Below, one piece after another: positions 8,904 to 17,810 of a stretch of DNA of 24,000 bases. Made by a program: the position numbers and the translations under genes. Source of the DNA: Candidatus Caldarchaeum sp. (GTDB lineage: Archaea > Thermoproteota > Nitrososphaeria_A > Caldarchaeales > Caldarchaeaceae); NCBI GenBank assembly GCA_038832005.1, contig JAWBJZ010000003.1, positions 9,560 to 33,559 of the forward strand, read 5' to 3'. Numbering within the stretch: position 1 is the stretch's first letter; each line of letters starts with the position of its first letter. A model generated the notes under the pieces. It worked only from the letters and a program-made list of their open reading frames with translations. It was not told where the DNA came from and did no database searches.

Positions 8904-9902
8904 GTGGTTGATGGGATAGGCTTGTGTGTAAGAAGCGTCGACGTGACCGCCCGTCAAGCCTCTATAGTTGCGCAGAAAGCTGAGTCGCTGGGGTTTGAAA
9001 GCTTCTGGGTCACAGAGGAGATGAGCAGGTCGTCGCCCCCCATGATCGCGCTGGCAGCATACTCAACGGAAAGAATCAAGCTTGGAACGGCTATTGTAAG
9101 CATTTACTCGCGGACACCGATGGCCACAGCCATGATGGCCGCAACCCTGCAAGAGCTTTCGGACAACCGTTTTATCCTAGGGCTGGGGAGCGGGGGGCCA
9201 GAGATAACCCGGCGGGGACATGGTTTAGACCCTGCGAAGCCTACGGAGAGGATGGAAGAATACATCAAGCTGGTCAGGTCTTTCCTCTCGGGCGATAGAG
9301 TCGCTTTAAAAGGGTTGTTCTATAAGGTCGACGACGTGAGGCTTTGGGTCAAAGTTCAACAGCCGCCGCCAGTTTTCTTGGCGGCGCTCAACCCCCGAAT
9401 GCTGACGCTAGCCGGCATGATGGCTGACGGCGTTATACTCAACCTATTCGACCCCAACGCGGCTGGCTATGTGTCTAGATGGCTTGACGAAGGCCTTCGA
9501 AGAGCTGGAAGAACATCTCAAGCTGTAAAGCGATACTCCTTCGTGTTAGCCGCAGCCTCAAGCTCCCAAGACTCGGTGACGGCCTTGAAAAAATCCATAG
9601 CCTTCTACGTCCTTGCACCGACATACCAGCGGATCTTAGCTGAGGCTGGGCATGGACATGTGGTAGAGAGGGTTTTGAGGTCTTTTGAAAACGGTGGGCG
9701 GGACGCTGCGGCGGAAAGCATTCCTAACGAGCTGGTTGAAGGCGTGGCCATACTATGCGACACACCCATCTCACAAAAACTTGAAGAATATCGGCGAGTA
9801 GGTGTCACGCCTCTCATCTACCCGCAGCCGCGTCGCGGTAAAGAACTTACAGACATTCTAAACATTATGGAGCAGGTAGCGCGACAGTGCAGCTTATATT
9901 GA
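8904..9902 (+). CDS. LLM-class F420-dependent oxidoreductase (methylene-H4MPT reductase-like)
   Basis: 332 aa; AESLGFESFWVTEE, RIKLGTAIVSIYSRTPMATAMMAATLQELSDNRFILGLGSGGP, LAGMMADGVILN. Confidence 0.92.
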   Translation: MVDGIGLCVRSVDVTARQASIVAQKAESLGFESFWVTEEMSRSSPPMIALAAYSTERIKLGTAIVSIYSRTPMATAMMAATLQELSDNRFILGLGSGGPEITRRGHGLDPAKPTERMEEYIKLVRSFLSGDRVALKGLFYKVDDVRLWVKVQQPPPVFLAALNPRMLTLAGMMADGVILNLFDPNAAGYVSRWLDEGLRRAGRTSQAVKRYSFVLAAASSSQDSVTALKKSIAFYVLAPTYQRILAEAGHGHVVERVLRSFENGGRDAAAESIPNELVEGVAILCDTPISQKLEEYRRVGVTPLIYPQPRRGKELTDILNIMEQVARQCSLY

Positions 9903-12580
9903 AGCTTGGAAAACGTTTTCCGAATATGGGGTTCATCGGCCTTTTTGAAGATTTTGTGGGGCTTAGCAGGTTTGAGCTGGGCGGGAAAGGATATGGGCTT
10001 GTCCAGATGACTGCCATGGGCTTACCAGTCCCCCCGGGCCTCATCATATTAACTTCCGCTTGTAAAGAATACTACAGAAACGGTGGCAGAGTGCCTGAAA
10101 GGTTGTTTGAAGAGCTGAGGGAAAAGCTATCCCTGCTGGAGGCTAAGACAGGTAAAAGGATGGGCGACCCCTCAAAACCTCTGCTTCTATCGGTTAGGTC
10201 GGGCGCACCGTATTCGATGCCTGGAATGATGGACACCATTCTAAACTTGGGTTTGAACGATAGAGTTGCTGAGGGTCTTGTGAAACTGACCGGCGATGAG
10301 AGGTTTGTTTACGACGCATACCGCCGTCTGGTCCAAATGTTTGGCCGCATAGCCATGGGGGTTAAGGGGGATGTTTTCGAGAAACTGTTGGATGAAACGA
10401 AGCATCGTTTAGGCGTCAAATCCGACGTGGAGATCCCTGCCTCTGAGCTGAAGAAGCTGGTGGAGCAGTTCAAAAAAGTTGTCAGAGAACACACTGGGAT
10501 GGATTTTCCCCAAGACCCTTGGAAACAGCTTCAGATGGCTGTGGAAGCTGTCTTCAAATCATGGAATAACCCGCGCGCGGTCGAGTACAGAAAGTACTAC
10601 AAAATACCTGATGATTTAGGGACTGCCGTCAACATTCAAGCCATGGTTTTCGGCAACCTCGGCGAGGACTCAGGTTCAGGCGTGGGCTTCACCCGCAACC
10701 CCTCAACGGGTGAGAAAAAGCTCTACGGCGAGTATCTTCCAAAAGCCCAGGGAGAGGATGTAGTAGCGGGGATAAGAACCCCGCTTCCCATTGAAAAAAT
10801 GCCCCCACACCTTATCAAGCAGTTAGATGAGATTGCGGCGAAGCTGGAGCAACATTTCAAAGACATGCAGGACTTTGAATTCACAGTCGAGAACGGAAAG
10901 CTCTACATGCTACAAACACGCAACGGTAAGAGAACGGCGCAGGCCGCCGTCAAGATAGCTGTTGACATGGTCAACGAGGGCCTGATTTCGCCTGAAGAGG
11001 CGATAGCCCGGATAGACCCGCTGGAGCTTAACCAGCTTCTCCACAGACGCCTTCATCCAGACATCAAAGCAACACCCATAGCTAAAGGCCTCAACGCCTC
11101 ACCGGGAGCTGCTACGGGCATAGTTGTCTTCGACACCGACGAGGCTGCTGCAAGAGGTTCTAAGGGCGAGAAGGTCATACTTGTGAGGCCTGAAACAACG
11201 CCTGAGGACATTAAAGGCATAATCGCCGCCCAAGGTGTTTTGACCTCGCGAGGAGGTATGACGTCTCACGCAGCCGTTGTTGCGCGTGGGATGGGTAAGC
11301 CTGCTGTAGTAGGGTGTGAGAGCATCAGCATATACATGGACGAGGGCTATTTCAAGACCGCTGACGGAACCGTTGTGAAACACGGCGACCTCATAACGAT
11401 TGACGGCGGCTCAGGGCTGGTTTTTCTCGGCGAAGTACCCATGGTGGAGCCTGAGTTAACCCAGGAGCTGAAAACACTTCTTAGCATAGCGGACAGGTAC
11501 AGAAGGCTCGGCGTGAGGGCTAACGCCGACACGCCTGAGGCTGCTGCCAAGGCGAGAGAGTTCGGAGCCGAGGGGATTGGGCTTTGCAGAACAGAGCGTA
11601 TGTTCAACGCACCCAACAGGCTTCCCATAGTAAGGGAGATGATCATGGCCTCAGACGATGAGGGAAGGAGGAAAGCCTTAGAGAAGCTACTTCCCTTCCA
11701 AGTCGGCGATTTCAAGGAGATCTTCACGGTTATGAGGGGGCTTCCTGTGACCGTCAGGCTGCTCGACCTACCTCTCCACGAGTTCCTGCCACCAGCCGAC
11801 CAGATTTTCAGCGAGATGCTCGAGCTCGTCAACAAGCCGGGGAAAGAGTCTGAGCTCGCTGAGAAACAAGCTTTGCTGAGAAAGGTTCAGCAGCTCCATG
11901 AACACAACCCCATGCTGGGACACCGCGGGTGCAGGCTTGCAATAACCCATCCCGAAATTTACGAGATGCAGGTCAAAGCTATCCTGACTGCTGCCATAGA
12001 TGTCAAACGCCGCCACGGCGAAACAGCCGAAATCCAGATAATGCTGCCACTCGTCAGCGACAAAAACGAGCTGATGCACTTGAAGCATGTGATAGACGAG
12101 GCCGCTGAGAAGACCTTCAAAGAACTCGGGGAAAGGGTCAACTATAAGGTGGGCACGATGGTTGAGACTCCTAGGGCTGCCATAACCGCAGCACGCATAG
12201 CCGAGGTCGCTGAGTTTTTCTCTTTCGGGACGAACGACCTGACTCAGACGACTTTCGGCTTCAGCAGGGACGATGTCGAGGCGAAGTTCATGGCAGACTA
12301 TCTCCAGCAGAAGATACTTCCCGCCAACCCGTTCGAAACAATAGACGTGCATGGTGTCGGCTGGCTTGTTAGGCATGGGGCAGCTGAGGGTAAGAGGACG
12401 AACCCAAGGCTTGAGGTTGGCATATGCGGCGAGCATGGCGGAGACCCGGCTAGCATAAGGTTCTTCCACGAAGCAGGTCTCGACTACGTAAGCGCTTCAC
12501 CATACAGAGTGCCTATCGCGAGACTTGCGGCGGCTCAAGCGGCTCTCGAAAAACGGGAAAAGATACCCATCACTATCTAA
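9887..12580 (+). CDS. ppdK: pyruvate, phosphate dikinase
   Basis: Up to 897 aa; GGKGYGLVQMTAMGLPVPPG, LLSVRSGAPYSMPGMMDTILNLG, phospho-His motif GGMTSHAAVVARGMGKPAVVG, C-terminal FFSFGTNDLTQTTFGFSRDD and GICGEHGGDPASIRFF. ATG 9926 is a likely alternative start that fits family N-termini. Confidence 0.97.
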   Translation: MQLILKLGKRFPNMGFIGLFEDFVGLSRFELGGKGYGLVQMTAMGLPVPPGLIILTSACKEYYRNGGRVPERLFEELREKLSLLEAKTGKRMGDPSKPLLLSVRSGAPYSMPGMMDTILNLGLNDRVAEGLVKLTGDERFVYDAYRRLVQMFGRIAMGVKGDVFEKLLDETKHRLGVKSDVEIPASELKKLVEQFKKVVREHTGMDFPQDPWKQLQMAVEAVFKSWNNPRAVEYRKYYKIPDDLGTAVNIQAMVFGNLGEDSGSGVGFTRNPSTGEKKLYGEYLPKAQGEDVVAGIRTPLPIEKMPPHLIKQLDEIAAKLEQHFKDMQDFEFTVENGKLYMLQTRNGKRTAQAAVKIAVDMVNEGLISPEEAIARIDPLELNQLLHRRLHPDIKATPIAKGLNASPGAATGIVVFDTDEAAARGSKGEKVILVRPETTPEDIKGIIAAQGVLTSRGGMTSHAAVVARGMGKPAVVGCESISIYMDEGYFKTADGTVVKHGDLITIDGGSGLVFLGEVPMVEPELTQELKTLLSIADRYRRLGVRANADTPEAAAKAREFGAEGIGLCRTERMFNAPNRLPIVREMIMASDDEGRRKALEKLLPFQVGDFKEIFTVMRGLPVTVRLLDLPLHEFLPPADQIFSEMLELVNKPGKESELAEKQALLRKVQQLHEHNPMLGHRGCRLAITHPEIYEMQVKAILTAAIDVKRRHGETAEIQIMLPLVSDKNELMHLKHVIDEAAEKTFKELGERVNYKVGTMVETPRAAITAARIAEVAEFFSFGTNDLTQTTFGFSRDDVEAKFMADYLQQKILPANPFETIDVHGVGWLVRHGAAEGKRTNPRLEVGICGEHGGDPASIRFFHEAGLDYVSASPYRVPIARLAAAQAALEKREKIPITI

Positions 12581-13017
12581 ACGTCCGAAACCCTGTTTAC
12601 ACGGCTCTCCTGATGCAGAACCCTGTACCGAGCTAGGTTCCCAGCCCCAGACCTCTCAAGATAGCCTCTGTCGGAAAGCCGGGCCAAGTAGGTTGAGACC
12701 GTGCTTAATGGAATGGGCTCCCGATACTCGTACTGGTAGACGTCGGCCACGTCTCTCGAAGTGAAGGATGAGAAGGGGAAATGCTTCTCTATCAGGTCGA
12801 CAACTTTCGTCAGCTTGCTGCCTCTAAACTCGGGTTGACCGTCCGAGGGTCCTCCAACCAGCTCCAGAAAGTCAGCCAGCTGGAAAAGCTTCTCACGGTT
12901 CAGAGAACCCTCGAAGACGATAGATATTTTGTCCCCATCCACCGTCTCCATCTCAAACTTGACCTTCCTCTTCACACGGCTCAAGCCAGGCGAGGGCATG
13001 TCTTGAATACGTTGCAT
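12577..13017 (-). CDS. winged-helix DNA-binding protein with conserved-looking N-terminal domain
   Basis: 146 aa; C-terminal FTSRDVADVYQYEYREPIPLSTVSTYLARLSDRGYLERSGAGNLARYRV is a wHTH; divergent from pcn; 4-bp convergent overlap with ppdK. Confidence 0.75.
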   Translation of the reverse strand: MQRIQDMPSPGLSRVKRKVKFEMETVDGDKISIVFEGSLNREKLFQLADFLELVGGPSDGQPEFRGSKLTKVVDLIEKHFPFSSFTSRDVADVYQYEYREPIPLSTVSTYLARLSDRGYLERSGAGNLARYRVLHQESRVNRVSDV

Positions 13018-13127
13018 TTATGCTTCAGATGGCCAAAGGACCTGCAAACATTATCAGGGAAATACTGGGATGCTTCAAGGATAGTACGCTCAAACATTAT
13101 ATTGCTGGGTGATGGTTTATCTGCGGC

Positions 13128-13898
13128 ATGGGTGAAACAGCTTCCGGCTTTCGTCTGAAGCTTCCGTCGGCAGACTATTTCGCAAGCCTTGTCAGAGCGA
13201 TTTCCGCCGTCGTCGACGAGGGTTCTTTCATGGCCGACCAAGAATCTCTGAGGCTGACAGCCATGGACCCGGCACACGTCAGCCTGGTCAACTTCGTCTT
13301 AGGCCGGGAAGCTGCCGAAGAATACGCATGCGAGAAACCTGTTGAGATAAGGGTCAACATTACGGAGCTGCTGAAGTTTTTAAAGAGGGCTGGCAACGAA
13401 TCTTTAACCCTCGACTACGACGACAACGCGAAAAAACTCAAGCTTGTGTTTGAAAACACAGCGGCCCGTAAGCTTAGAACCTTCACGCTCAGCACCTTAG
13501 AATCGGCTGGCGGAGCTTCACCGGTTCCGAAACTCAGCTTCGAGGCAAAATGCAGGGTTGAGACATCGGCCTTCTACGAGGCTGTCAGCGACGCAGCTCT
13601 TGTGAGCGACTACACGCGCATAACCATAACCCCAACATCCCTCATCATCTCGAGCAAAAGCGACGTCGGAAGCCATCAGACCAAGCTTGAGAAAGACGGA
13701 AGCCTCGTATACGAGATCTCAGCCAGCAAAGAGGTTTCCGCAAGCTTTAGCCTCACATACCTAGAAAAGATAATGTCTTCCAGCAAATCGCTGTCCAACG
13801 AAACGGGGTTAGAGCTTTCAACAAACAAACCCATCAAGCTCTCGTTCCCGATAACGGCGGGCAGAATAGAGTTTCTTATCGCTCCACGTCTCGAGTAA
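13128..13898 (+). CDS. pcn: DNA polymerase sliding clamp (PCNA)
   Basis: 256 aa; ESLRLTAMDPAHVSLVNFVL, LLKFLKRAG, LELSTNKPIKLSFPI, C-terminal IEFLIAPRLE, typical archaeal/eukaryotic PCNA pattern. Confidence 0.95.
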   Translation: MGETASGFRLKLPSADYFASLVRAISAVVDEGSFMADQESLRLTAMDPAHVSLVNFVLGREAAEEYACEKPVEIRVNITELLKFLKRAGNESLTLDYDDNAKKLKLVFENTAARKLRTFTLSTLESAGGASPVPKLSFEAKCRVETSAFYEAVSDAALVSDYTRITITPTSLIISSKSDVGSHQTKLEKDGSLVYEISASKEVSASFSLTYLEKIMSSSKSLSNETGLELSTNKPIKLSFPITAGRIEFLIAPRLE

Positions 13899-13936
13899 GC
13901 CATTAGATTTATAGAATGGGTTTTCACTCGTTGATG

Positions 13937-14012
13937 GGGGCCGTGGTCCAGCATGGTCTAAGATGCGCGGCTTGGGCCCGCGAGGTCCCCGGTTCAAATC
14001 CGGGCGGCCCCA
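13937..14012 (+). tRNA. tRNA-Pro (anticodon UGG), intronless
   Basis: GGGGCCG/CGGCCCC acceptor; anticodon stem CGCGG/CCGCG with loop CTTGGGC (anticodon TGG); T-arm CCCGG-TTCAAAT-CCGGG; discriminator A; CCA not encoded. TATA-like GATTTATAGAA upstream (~13906-13916). Confidence 0.95.
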
Positions 14013-14086
14013 CATGGCTGAACAAGCTCTGTGGACGGATTGTTTGTCTGACCGTCGGCTAAAACATGTAAACTCCACTTACAGCA

Positions 14087-14100
14087 CTTAAAAATTTATC
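14087..14100 (+). promoter_or_regulatory. TATA-like box upstream of DNA methyltransferase gene
   Basis: CTTAAAAATTTATC ~25-35 nt before GTG 14126. Confidence 0.4.
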
Positions 14101-14125
14101 ACGTATCGGGAAAACAAATGGTGGC

Positions 14126-15325
14126 GTGTTGGAGATACCTTTCGTACGTGAACCACGAGCCGACGAGCTCAGCATTATACCACGGTGGGGACAGACAGCT
14201 TCAAAAATACTGACCGTCATCAAGGAGAATGGTACTGTAGCGAAGGAGAGGTTGGCCCAGATAACCGGATACAGCTCTGGAACAATAAATGCTCAACTCA
14301 GTATGCTCAAACGCGCAAGGTTGGTGAGATACGTCGGAAAAACCGACAACCTCGACCAGTCGTCAAACCCTACGCCTACGGCTTCAGATACTGTTCCCAA
14401 GCTTAAGATGCGTCTCATAACTTGGGAGGAATATAGGCAATATGTCGAGAAGAAAAAATTTGTCACGATAGAGGGTGTGAATATAGAGGTAGGAAAATCC
14501 CACCGCATATCTATGTATGGGCCGCCAAGATCCTACGAACCAGAAACGACCACAGTATGGAGCTTCCCGAACAGAGGCGACTGGGCCACCCACGCAGGTG
14601 ACTACAGAGGGAATTGGAGTCCCTACGTTCCCAGAAACCTAATTCTCAAGTATTCAAAGCTTCGTGAGGTGGTTCTCGACCAAATGGTTGGTTCAGGTAC
14701 GACTCTCGTGGAGGCTAAGCTCTTAGGCAGAAACGCCATAGGCGTGGACATAAATTACGAGGCTTGCATACTAGCCATGGACCGACTAAACTTTGATTAC
14801 ACACCCCTCGACAATCAGACACCGGTAGAAATCAAAGTTTATCATGGTGATGCTGCGCACCTAGATGCCATAAATGACAACAGCATCGACTTAATCGCCA
14901 CTCATCCTCCTTATTGGAACATAATTCCATATAGTGAAGAAAGGCATGCCGCAGATTTATCTAACATGCGCACACTGGATGCCTACTTGGAGAAAATGCG
15001 AGAGATTGCATCAGAATCATTTAGAGTTCTGAAACCTGGAAGGTATTGTGCCATCCTTATCGGGGATACTCGCAGGCATAAGCATTATGTTCCAATATCG
15101 GCAAGGGTGATGATGGTGTTTCTAAAAGCAGGCTTCATACTTGCTGAAGACATAATCAAGTTGCAGCACAAAATGAAAACAACTAGAGAACTGTGGCGCG
15201 CTCAACGTTTCGAGACCTATGGTTTTCACAAGGTCGTCCACGAACACTTGTACATTTTTAGGAAACCAACGAGTAAAGCAGAGTATTCCAAGCTCAAACT
15301 CAGCACATCTTTTGATGAAGCATGA
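14126..15325 (+). CDS. wHTH-fused S-adenosylmethionine-dependent DNA methyltransferase (N4-C/N6-A amino-MTase type)
   Basis: 399 aa; N-terminal HTH (VAKERLAQITGYSSGTINAQLSMLKRARLVRYV); RGNWSPYVPRNLILKYS; SAM motif VVLDQMVGSGTTLVEAKLLGRNAIGVDIN; catalytic THPPYW; SFRVLKPGRYCAILIGD. Confidence 0.87.
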   Translation: MLEIPFVREPRADELSIIPRWGQTASKILTVIKENGTVAKERLAQITGYSSGTINAQLSMLKRARLVRYVGKTDNLDQSSNPTPTASDTVPKLKMRLITWEEYRQYVEKKKFVTIEGVNIEVGKSHRISMYGPPRSYEPETTTVWSFPNRGDWATHAGDYRGNWSPYVPRNLILKYSKLREVVLDQMVGSGTTLVEAKLLGRNAIGVDINYEACILAMDRLNFDYTPLDNQTPVEIKVYHGDAAHLDAINDNSIDLIATHPPYWNIIPYSEERHAADLSNMRTLDAYLEKMREIASESFRVLKPGRYCAILIGDTRRHKHYVPISARVMMVFLKAGFILAEDIIKLQHKMKTTRELWRAQRFETYGFHKVVHEHLYIFRKPTSKAEYSKLKLSTSFDEA

Positions 15326-15591
15326 CTACACGACGTTGACAAGCATTCTTGGCAGGGTTTAACTTCACACCACCTAGGAATAGGTTGGGAAGCCAGCTGG
15401 CTATATCGCTGTTTTGCGACATTACTCTTGGAAGTCACCCGGTTGGGGCAGTCATCAGAGCGAATCTGGATATTCTACGGGCTAAAAGAGGTGACGGTTT
15501 GATATGACGCATCGCGATGAGTTTTACGACAAGCGGCTGCCTTTTATAGCATTCGGGGCATAGGCCGGCGTATTGCAAGGCTGAAACGGTT

Positions 15592-16752
15592 GTGGATGGG
15601 TTTATCGTGAGTAATCCTTTTAGAGTGGGCATACGTCGTTTTTACAGTTTCATGGAGTTATCAGAGAGGATGGCCGCGGATGTCGATGCGGTGAAGACGG
15701 TTGTCGGAAACAACTTCACCGTCACAAACGTCTACTATGAAGCAGGCATACTGACATTCGAAGTAGGCGAGGCCGTCATCAAGGAAAGGTTCAAGAGATG
15801 TTTGAGACAGCTGAAGAACCTCGGATACATAGCGACTGCGCGGAAGGAGAACGGGGTGGTGAAGCTCCGGGTTTTCCCATACCTGAAACCTTCGAAGAAC
15901 GACATAAAAGTTCCTCTGATTCTTGGGCTGGTCACCGTTGTGACGGTGTCGTTTGATGGTTTCCTAAGGTCATCCAACCGTCTCTATTCTATTGTAACAC
16001 CAGGCTACGGGCTCGACGACGTTTTTTTAAACGGTCTCTACTTCTCAGCAGCCCTTCTAGCCATCATCTTCATACACGAGATGGGGCACAAGCTATCGGC
16101 TCGGGTTGATGGTGTGACCGCGAGCAATCCATACTTCATACCCGGGTTTCCCGGAATCATTCCCACGTTGGGCGCGGTCATCTTTCAGAAAGAGCCTCTC
16201 GCAAACAGGGATGACATGTTCGATATAGGGGTAAGCGGCCCCATCGCCGGATTCATAACCGCCGTAGTCGTTACCTTCGTAGCTTTCGAGACCGCTGTCT
16301 GGATTCCAGCCGACCAATACAGAGTTATCCTTGAAACAGCTGCGCGAGAGGGCACGGTTGTGGAGGTTCCCGTGATCTTCTCGTTTATCAGGCTCTTGTA
16401 CGGCAGGGCTGACCAAGTTCCTTTTTTCATGAGCGTCGGGTTCGCGGCCTGGCTGGGGATGGTGGTGACCGCGTTAAACCTTATGCCGATATGGCAGCTG
16501 GACGGGGGCCGGATATTCAGGAGCTTTCTAACAAAACGGCAGCACACAATAGCTTCGTATGCCGCGCTTGCGGTCTTGGTCTTCACAGGATACTACTTCA
16601 TGGCTCTGTTGCTGATACTGATGATGGGGAGGAGTGTGGACGTGGCTCCGCTCGACGAGGTTTCACCCCTGTCACGCTGGAGGAAGGTATCCATCGTCGG
16701 CTTGATTGCGATGCTCATACTCAGCTATGTTCCGTTAAACCGCATCTTCTAA
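15592..16752 (+). CDS. M50-family site-2-protease-like membrane metalloprotease
   Basis: 386 aa; multiple hydrophobic helices; HEMGH zinc motif (IIFIHEMGHKLSARVDG), GPIAGF, WQLDGGRIFRS. ATG 15652 is a possible alternative start. Confidence 0.92.
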   Translation: MDGFIVSNPFRVGIRRFYSFMELSERMAADVDAVKTVVGNNFTVTNVYYEAGILTFEVGEAVIKERFKRCLRQLKNLGYIATARKENGVVKLRVFPYLKPSKNDIKVPLILGLVTVVTVSFDGFLRSSNRLYSIVTPGYGLDDVFLNGLYFSAALLAIIFIHEMGHKLSARVDGVTASNPYFIPGFPGIIPTLGAVIFQKEPLANRDDMFDIGVSGPIAGFITAVVVTFVAFETAVWIPADQYRVILETAAREGTVVEVPVIFSFIRLLYGRADQVPFFMSVGFAAWLGMVVTALNLMPIWQLDGGRIFRSFLTKRQHTIASYAALAVLVFTGYYFMALLLILMMGRSVDVAPLDEVSPLSRWRKVSIVGLIAMLILSYVPLNRIF

Positions 16753-17762
16753 AAACCAGTCAAGCATGTGCCGACGCTGTTTGGAACAGCCAAAACAGTC
16801 GCTTCCTTTGACTTCACACGCCAGCCATAGGTCAGGGCTTGGTCGAGAGTGTCCATCTGACGGGCGTTGAGAAGCTTTGTCACTACTGTGGAAGGCAGCG
16901 CTGTGACGAGGCATAGCTTATGCTTGTCAGCAATTTTCCTCCAAGTGGCCAAACGCTTTTCGGCAACCTTCATCGTGTCGTTTTGAGGGCTGCCGCCGGC
17001 CAGCAGGGCGACGAACTCGTCTCCCCCAAGCCCTTCCGAGCACTCAATAATGAGAACGACAACTTTTCCAGGCTCAACGTTCGCCACCGCCGAAGCGATG
17101 TCGATGCATGAGGAGAGCCTGCTGTCAACAGGATAGCCTGGCCCTCCTATCAAAAGGATTTCGGCGGCTTTAGACGACGTGTAGCGGGACAGCCTTTCCA
17201 CCATCTCGGAAGACTTGGCATAAACCTCTTCAACCTCTCCAACCAGCACGTCTGAAACAACTCCACCGCATCCCACGACAGGTGAGACAACAAGCCCGAG
17301 CGTGCTGTCTCTCAAGAAATAGGGGATGCCGGCGGGCTCACAATCCCAGTAAACCGACGGCGTTATCGCCAATCCCTCGGCGAGGTCGACGTCAGTCAGC
17401 TTCTGGATATGCTCGACTTTTGCTAGACCAAGGTCTTTTAACAGACTCTTTACATGGTTGAAGAGAGATTTCTCAACCTGCGGTTCGTTGTAGCGCCAGC
17501 AGGTAACCATGACGTCCAGTTCGCCGGTGTCCACACCTTCCTGTAATGCCTCAACTGTGGAGGTGATTACCTGCTCAAACCCCTCAACAGAGTGGAGATA
17601 GTCTATGACAAGGGTCTTGGCTCGCTCGGAGACTCGGCTTGAGACCTGCTGTTTGAGCTGTTCCGTCGCAGACCATGTTTGAGGAGAGCTTAGGATTTCC
17701 AGCGAATCCTCGACATCTGTGAATATCTCTGTCCTGCCATACTTGAACCAGAGCTCAACCAT
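16749..17762 (-). CDS. divergent LarA/DUF2088-like protein
   Basis: 337 aa; N-terminus VELWFKYGRTEIFTDV resembles LarA VxLxYGxxx; C-terminal LLIGGPGYPVDSRLSSCIDIASAVANVEPGKVVVLIIECSEGLGGDEF resembles the LarA C-terminal GGYPxDxNxYQAxKxxxxAxxxVKxGGVIIxxAxCxxGxGxxxF pattern. The central catalytic motifs (DxTRP, GTHR) are not recognisable. Confidence 0.6.
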   Translation of the reverse strand: MVELWFKYGRTEIFTDVEDSLEILSSPQTWSATEQLKQQVSSRVSERAKTLVIDYLHSVEGFEQVITSTVEALQEGVDTGELDVMVTCWRYNEPQVEKSLFNHVKSLLKDLGLAKVEHIQKLTDVDLAEGLAITPSVYWDCEPAGIPYFLRDSTLGLVVSPVVGCGGVVSDVLVGEVEEVYAKSSEMVERLSRYTSSKAAEILLIGGPGYPVDSRLSSCIDIASAVANVEPGKVVVLIIECSEGLGGDEFVALLAGGSPQNDTMKVAEKRLATWRKIADKHKLCLVTALPSTVVTKLLNARQMDTLDQALTYGWRVKSKEATVLAVPNSVGTCLTGF

Positions 17763-17810
17763 CGCTGTCCGACATTCTAACGTCGAGGATTAATATAGCC
17801 ATCGCACTCG

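Noticed and set aside
11768-12469. 233-aa minus-strand ORF and neighbouring 162-aa ORF (11347..11835) inside ppdK
   Set aside because: Shadow ORFs opposite highly conserved PPDK coding; no domain motifs and no promoter-like context.
13818-14078. 86-aa minus-strand ORF (MWGRPDLNRGPRGPKPRI...)
   Set aside because: Translation of the antisense of tRNA-Pro; DLNRGP-type peptides are a known tRNA artefact.
14126-15325. DNA methyltransferase as part of a restriction-modification or phage-defence island
   Set aside because: No nuclease, helicase, specificity subunit or other defence gene was recognisable in the window; only a solitary MTase can be claimed.
15326-15591. Possible C/D-box sRNA or degenerate gene in the 265-bp gap (short ORFs 15226..15438 and 15435..15632)
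   Set aside because: No convincing paired C (RUGAUGA) and D (CUGA) boxes with k-turn spacing, and the ORFs lack motifs.
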